Below, one piece after another: positions 59,318 through 64,000 of a stretch of DNA of 64,000 nt. This stretch comes from Candidatus Bathyarchaeia archaeon (GTDB lineage: Archaea > Thermoproteota > Bathyarchaeia > Bathyarchaeales > Bathycorpusculaceae): positions 32,001 through 96,000 of the forward strand of contig JBEKOM010000005.1 in assembly GCA_049521795.1 (NCBI GenBank), written 5' to 3'. Under the pieces are notes generated by a model. The model worked only from the letters and a program-made list of their open reading frames with translations. It had not been told where the DNA came from and searched no databases. Positions within the stretch are counted from its first letter, which is position 1. Every line of letters starts with the position of its first letter. Position numbers and translations under genes: made by a program.

Positions 59318-60583
59318 TTGAGTACTTCCAAGAAGACTTCTCTGGAGCTGTTCAGGCTGAAAAGGACACTGATGACGCTGGCCGACAAGGAGGGGCGGGG
59401 AACCGAACTCGTATCACTCTACGTCCCGCATGGAAAGCAGATAAGCGATGTCCTAACCACTCTCAGAGACGAGTACGGAACTGCATCGAACATAAAGTCG
59501 ACGACCACGCGCAAGAACGTAATGGAGGCCATCGTGAAGGTTCAACAGCGCCTTAAGCTTTTCAAAGAGCCACCTGAAAACGGACTCGTGATATTCTGCG
59601 GAGCAATCCCACAGAACGGCGCGGGCAGCGAGCGGATAGAGACTTACGTGATCGTGCCTCCGGAGGCGATACACGTGTACCTCTACAGGTGCGATGCAAG
59701 ATTCCACACTGAATACCTGCAGGAAATGCTGAGAGAAAAGGAAACGTACGGCATCCTCCTCATAGATTCCGCGGGTGCCACGCTTGCCACGCTACAGGGC
59801 AGAAGGCTTGAAATTATCAGGGAATTGACGTCCGGTGTACCGGGAAAAACTCGAGCCGGAGGACAGTCAGCCAGAAGGTACGAAAGACTGCGAGAGATGA
59901 GGCTTCAAGAGTATTTTACGCGGGTAGGCGAACACGCTAACGAGTCGTTTCTGCCCATTGAAAACTTGAAAGGACTGATAATCGGGGGCCCTGGACCCAC
60001 GAAATACGACTTCGAAAAGGGAGAATACCTGAACTATATGCTGAAAAACAAGGTCTTAGACACGATCGACACTGCTTATGTTGAGGAGCAGGGAGTAAAA
60101 GAAGTTGTTGAAAAAGCTCCTGAAGTGATGCGCAAGGTCCGTTACATCGAGGAGAAGAAGGTGGTCCAACAGTTCCTCTACGAGGTCGGCCACGACACTG
60201 GAAAAATAACGTACGGGGAAGAAGACGTCAGAAGGGCGCTGGAAACCGGTGCTGTTCACACTTTGCTGTTGTCCGAGGGACTTGACATGACACGGGTCAC
60301 GTTGAAATGCAGTGCGTGCAGCTACCAAGAGCAGCACACGGTGAAGAACAAGGCTTTTGCAGAGTTTGAACAGGGTCTGATCGGCAAACCCTGCCCAAAA
60401 TGCAAAGCTCCTGCCCTGAACATAGTTGACAGACAAGACCTCATAGACGATTTTGCCAAGCTTGCAGAATACACGAACGCGACGGTGGAGATAATATCCA
60501 CAGAGACAGAAGAAGGCCAAATGCTCAAAAACTCTTTCGGCGGAGTTGCCGCAATACTTCGATTTAAGCTTCACGAACAATGA
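59318..60583 (+). CDS. prf1: Peptide chain release factor aRF1
   Basis: GRGTELVSLY, ASNIKS, YRCDARF, GGQSARR, Zn ribbon, FGG.AAILRF. Confidence 0.97.
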   Translation: MSTSKKTSLELFRLKRTLMTLADKEGRGTELVSLYVPHGKQISDVLTTLRDEYGTASNIKSTTTRKNVMEAIVKVQQRLKLFKEPPENGLVIFCGAIPQNGAGSERIETYVIVPPEAIHVYLYRCDARFHTEYLQEMLREKETYGILLIDSAGATLATLQGRRLEIIRELTSGVPGKTRAGGQSARRYERLREMRLQEYFTRVGEHANESFLPIENLKGLIIGGPGPTKYDFEKGEYLNYMLKNKVLDTIDTAYVEEQGVKEVVEKAPEVMRKVRYIEEKKVVQQFLYEVGHDTGKITYGEEDVRRALETGAVHTLLLSEGLDMTRVTLKCSACSYQEQHTVKNKAFAEFEQGLIGKPCPKCKAPALNIVDRQDLIDDFAKLAEYTNATVEIISTETEEGQMLKNSFGGVAAILRFKLHEQ

Positions 60584-60639
60584 TAGCAAGGAACGCATTC
60601 GTCTACAGTCTCGTTCTAACGGGCCCAAAAAGAACATAA

Positions 60640-61803
60640 GTGTTGAACAGGGTCTACAGCTTGAAGGGAAATGCGTTGAAACATCCGTCACTGTACCTGG
60701 ACTGGTACATCCATGTGCCCAACGTTAAGTACGATTTCCGCTCAAGCGGCATAGCATACTTCAAGCACACTCTGAACTTAGGCGAAGTTGATTTAAGCGT
60801 AAACTACACACACGGCAACCCTGAAGCCGTCAACCAGATAGCCCACTTGTACCGCGTAAGACCCGAAAACGTGTTCATCTCAGGAGAAGGAGCCTCAGGC
60901 CAGAACGCACGAATAGTCAGATACCTTGCAGAAAGAAACTCTGAGAAGAGAGAAGCAATAGTGGAGTACCCAACTTATGAACCTCTGCTGAGGACGGTTC
61001 AAGAACACTTCTCTCGCGTCAAAAGACTGGACAGACAGGAAAAAGACGCGTACGCACTTGACGCAGACAGGCTTCGCAAAGTCGTCTCGGCGAAAACGGG
61101 GTTGCTCGTCATGACAAATCCTCACGCTCCAAGCGGAGCAGTGTCCGGTTTGAGTGAGCTCAGAGAAGTGATGAACGTTGCTCGAGAACACGGTTTTCAC
61201 GTGTTGTGCGATGAGATCTACGGCGAATTTGACCGAAAGGCTGTCCCCACACTCTTCTCGGTTGACCCAAAGCTTGGTGTAGTGACGACGAGTTTCTCGA
61301 AGGCTTACGGCCTTGGAGGCCTGAAGCTTGGCGTGGCATTGGCCGAAAAGCAGCTGGTTGATGAACTCTACACAGACGTGTTGAACACTGTGGGAAATGC
61401 TCCGAACATCGTGCAGCTTGTCGGTGCAGAACTTCTAGCCACAGGGAAGGAAAAGCTTCAAAGACACAAACAAGAATGGGATCAGTTAAAGGAAGAGACT
61501 GAAAAGTGGCTTGGAGAAATGGGTCTGAAGTATTTCCCAAGCAGAGTCGGTGTGACTTACTGGGTAAAACTGCCAATCAAGGACACGTACAAGTGGGTTA
61601 CTGAACAGACAATACCGAAGTACAGCTTGGCCCCCGTGCCAGGCGCGTTCTTTCTCTTCAGAAACGGCTACAAGCTCGTAAGGTCAAACATGGTAAGGTT
61701 GGGCCTCGGAGGCATAAACCCGAAGAACTCGAACCTGAGCCAGGCGCTTGAGGCATTGGAGAAGGCTATTAAAGAACGCAAATCTGACACCACGGAGAGA
61801 TAG
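60640..61803 (+). CDS. PLP-dependent aminotransferase class I/II
   Basis: PTYEP, TNPHAPSG, DEIY, SFSKAYGL.GL. Confidence 0.9.
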   Translation: MLNRVYSLKGNALKHPSLYLDWYIHVPNVKYDFRSSGIAYFKHTLNLGEVDLSVNYTHGNPEAVNQIAHLYRVRPENVFISGEGASGQNARIVRYLAERNSEKREAIVEYPTYEPLLRTVQEHFSRVKRLDRQEKDAYALDADRLRKVVSAKTGLLVMTNPHAPSGAVSGLSELREVMNVAREHGFHVLCDEIYGEFDRKAVPTLFSVDPKLGVVTTSFSKAYGLGGLKLGVALAEKQLVDELYTDVLNTVGNAPNIVQLVGAELLATGKEKLQRHKQEWDQLKEETEKWLGEMGLKYFPSRVGVTYWVKLPIKDTYKWVTEQTIPKYSLAPVPGAFFLFRNGYKLVRSNMVRLGLGGINPKNSNLSQALEALEKAIKERKSDTTER

Positions 61804-61930
61804 CGATACCGTTTGGACTGGTCAGATTCTGCGCGTTTGCAACCTTCCGATCTTTGTCTTTCGCAGGTTTCACCGTCTGAGTGTCGGAAAAGTCTATTAA
61901 AGTAGGAAATAGTAGGTTTCATGATACAAA

Positions 61931-62620
61931 TTGGCAGACGAGGACACGAAGGGCGTCCGTTGCCCGTTCTGCGGCGCACCATACAGAAAGCTCATTCCGA
62001 CCGATGCCCTGCAGCTCAAATGCGACTATTGCGGAGCAACCTTCAGGACGCCTCCCAGCATCGGAGTTGAAATCCCAGAATGCGCCAATCACCCTGAAAG
62101 GTACGCAACGGGCGTTTGCAACGATTGCGGACAAAACTTCTGCAGAGAATGTCTGCACCCTTACAATCTGAACACGAAGAGTGACAGGGCTGTGCTGTAC
62201 TTGTGCCCGGACTGTTACAAGAAAAGGTATCTCGACAGAGCCAACGGCCACGTCCTATCAGGCATGCTAATAATCGCGATGGGAGCCTTCTTCACGTTTC
62301 TGGCGCTACCGTTCGTATTCGTCGCCGTGATAGGTTTAATCCAGGTTTTCTACGGTGTTTCACAGAGAAGTGAAGCATCACAGGAACTCGGAACTGGTCA
62401 GCAAGGGGCCGAGACAGAAAAGGCGGCAGAACCTTCAGGCACGGAAGAAGCTGATGCTGAAACACTCTATAATGAACTCTTGACCAAGTACGCAGAGCAC
62501 TGGGGAGTCCAGAGTGGAGCAGAGCTCCTTAACAATGAAATAAGGGCCTACACGTGGGCCGGAGTGAGCTTTAGCGAAGCCGTGAACAAGGTCTATGAGC
62601 GCCAGCAAAAGAAGCCTTAG
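61931..62620 (+). CDS. Zn-ribbon/B-box-like membrane protein
   Basis: CPFCGA...CDYCG, CANHP...C..C...C..C, two TM helices. Confidence 0.75.
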   Translation: MADEDTKGVRCPFCGAPYRKLIPTDALQLKCDYCGATFRTPPSIGVEIPECANHPERYATGVCNDCGQNFCRECLHPYNLNTKSDRAVLYLCPDCYKKRYLDRANGHVLSGMLIIAMGAFFTFLALPFVFVAVIGLIQVFYGVSQRSEASQELGTGQQGAETEKAAEPSGTEEADAETLYNELLTKYAEHWGVQSGAELLNNEIRAYTWAGVSFSEAVNKVYERQQKKP

Positions 62621-62709
62621 CAGCCTTCTCAAGGAACCATACTTCGAGGGAAAGCAGCATCTACTGACATGCCGCGGTTGGAAGATTGTTCCGCAAATGA
62701 TTTAGACTT

Positions 62710-62967
62710 GTGATGCGCAACAGAGAATTGGAGGAGCACAAATTGCAGACGAGTAGGTTCTTCACTGTCGACTTAGCGAGGATCAAGGGAAAAGGCGATT
62801 TCAGCTGTCCGAAATGCGGAACAAAGATTTCTCCAGATGACAGAAGCGAGAAGACCTACAAGATCTTAGACGCCCACATGAGAGGAGACGAGTTGGACAG
62901 CATAATGCTACAGTGCAACAAATGCGAGAGCCAGATACACCTGACTGGATTCCACGCGTTGAGTTGA
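62710..62967 (+). CDS. Small Zn-ribbon protein
   Basis: G.GDFSCPKCG..ISPDD...QCNKC.S.I.LTGF. Confidence 0.75.
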   Translation: MMRNRELEEHKLQTSRFFTVDLARIKGKGDFSCPKCGTKISPDDRSEKTYKILDAHMRGDELDSIMLQCNKCESQIHLTGFHALS

Positions 62968-63107
62968 CAACGTGACGGTCGTGCCGGTTCAAGACTGATG
63001 GTTGAATGATGCTTCATTAGCAGAGGCCCCTAAGAACACCAGACGGCTCGAAGAGCTCGCTACTTTTATTTGGGGTCGAACCATCTACCTATCACATGTG
63101 ATTTGAG

Positions 63108-63599
63108 ATGAGTAAGAGTAACCAGCGATACGGAATGTGTGGTGTTTATTGCGGTCAGTGTCCGAATGGCAATGGAAGAGTAAAGATGATGGCTGGGGAG
63201 TTGAAGAGGCTTGTTGACACGACTCGCTATGACTGGGTTAGAGATGCAGTGAAGTCATTCAGCTTTGACGAGTTCAGAAAGGGCCTAGAATGGTTTTCTG
63301 ACTCGCAGTGTCCCATGTGTCAGAACGGTGGGGGCGCGCCTTGCGAGAACAGAAAATGTGCTCCCAAGAGAGGCCTTCAAAGCTGCCTCTTATGTGGGGA
63401 CTATCTGACGTGCAAGAACACCGAGTATCAGAGAGACGCGTACCCCATCGTCGTCGAGAATTACAGTCGCGTCAAACAAGTGGGCTTCGAGAAGCATCTT
63501 GAAGAGGAAGACGAAAGAGCAAGAGCAGGCGTGGACTTGATGGGTCATCTGGAAAGAAAATACTGCAAGGTCGTCAAACTAGAGGACAAAGGCAAATAA
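63108..63599 (+). CDS. DUF3795 Cys-rich protein
   Basis: CGVYCGQCP, CPMC.......C....C.......C..C. Confidence 0.8.
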   Translation: MSKSNQRYGMCGVYCGQCPNGNGRVKMMAGELKRLVDTTRYDWVRDAVKSFSFDEFRKGLEWFSDSQCPMCQNGGGAPCENRKCAPKRGLQSCLLCGDYLTCKNTEYQRDAYPIVVENYSRVKQVGFEKHLEEEDERARAGVDLMGHLERKYCKVVKLEDKGK

Positions 63600-63753
63600 C
63601 GCGCACGAAAAGCTCGTCGCTTGAATTTCTCTGATATCGTGCCGATGTTCAATTTCTCTAGGCCTTCAGCCTGTTTAGGGTTCAAAACTTAATACTCTGA
63701 TTCTGACAGATCACTCTTCGGTCAAACGACAAAGGCGGTCTGTTGAATTGAGT

Positions 63754-64000
63754 TTGAAGAAAAGGACTAAGACATGTCTGGTGCCACTGCCCGAGCTCAT
63801 CTCCCTCAAGAAAAGGAAAGCACTGATCACCGGCGCAGGAGCAGGCATCGGCAGAGCCATAGCTTACAGGTTTGCTGAAGCAGGTGCAGACCTGGAACTT
63901 GTTGACATCAACGAAGAAAGCCTCAACATGGTGAAACGAGAGCTCGAGCAGTTCAACGTTGAAATCAACGTTCACAGGGTCAATCTAGCTAAGAAAGAAG
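63754..64000 (+). CDS. SDR-family oxidoreductase, runs off the window end
   Basis: LISLKKRKALITGAGAGIGRAIAYRFAEAGADLELVDIN (TGxxxGIG). Confidence 0.9.
   Translation, partial: MKKRTKTCLVPLPELISLKKRKALITGAGAGIGRAIAYRFAEAGADLELVDINEESLNMVKRELEQFNVEINVHRVNLAKKE

Noticed and set aside
1-64000. CRISPR array, rRNA genes, intact transposase or integrase
   Set aside because: No regularly spaced repeats, rRNA signatures or recombinase/transposase motifs were seen.

Overview
Archaeal chromosomal segment, most consistent with Candidatus Bathyarchaeia. This is inferred from the TACK-type information genes (tiaS, alaS, leuS, hisS, EF-2, aRF1, RtcB/archease, a split-type tRNA endonuclease subunit), frequent TTG starts and H4MPT C1 genes. 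Most of the window is housekeeping and metabolic. Notable parts: (i) a complete, translationally coupled NHEJ operon (PrimPol-Ku-ligase::phosphoesterase fusion-DUF72) at 9.1-13.0 kb; (ii) a tRNA-Arg(TCT) with two bulge-helix-bulge (BHB) introns and a tRNA-Gly(TCC) with C33; (iii) an AT-rich accessory/defence-like island at about 36.5-43.8 kb. The island holds an RxxxxxH HEPN-like protein, a small NPN-motif peptide, a TPR protein, a large Zn-finger/helical/TOPRIM protein lacking the OLD ATPase, a probable solo-cas1 remnant and a 136-bp element whose two ends are the permuted halves of a tRNA-Gln 3' end (attP-like); (iv) a bacterial-type NAD(P)-dependent methylene-H4MPT dehydrogenase plus Ftr and AfpA. 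All family assignments come from motif recognition by eye; no database search was run.
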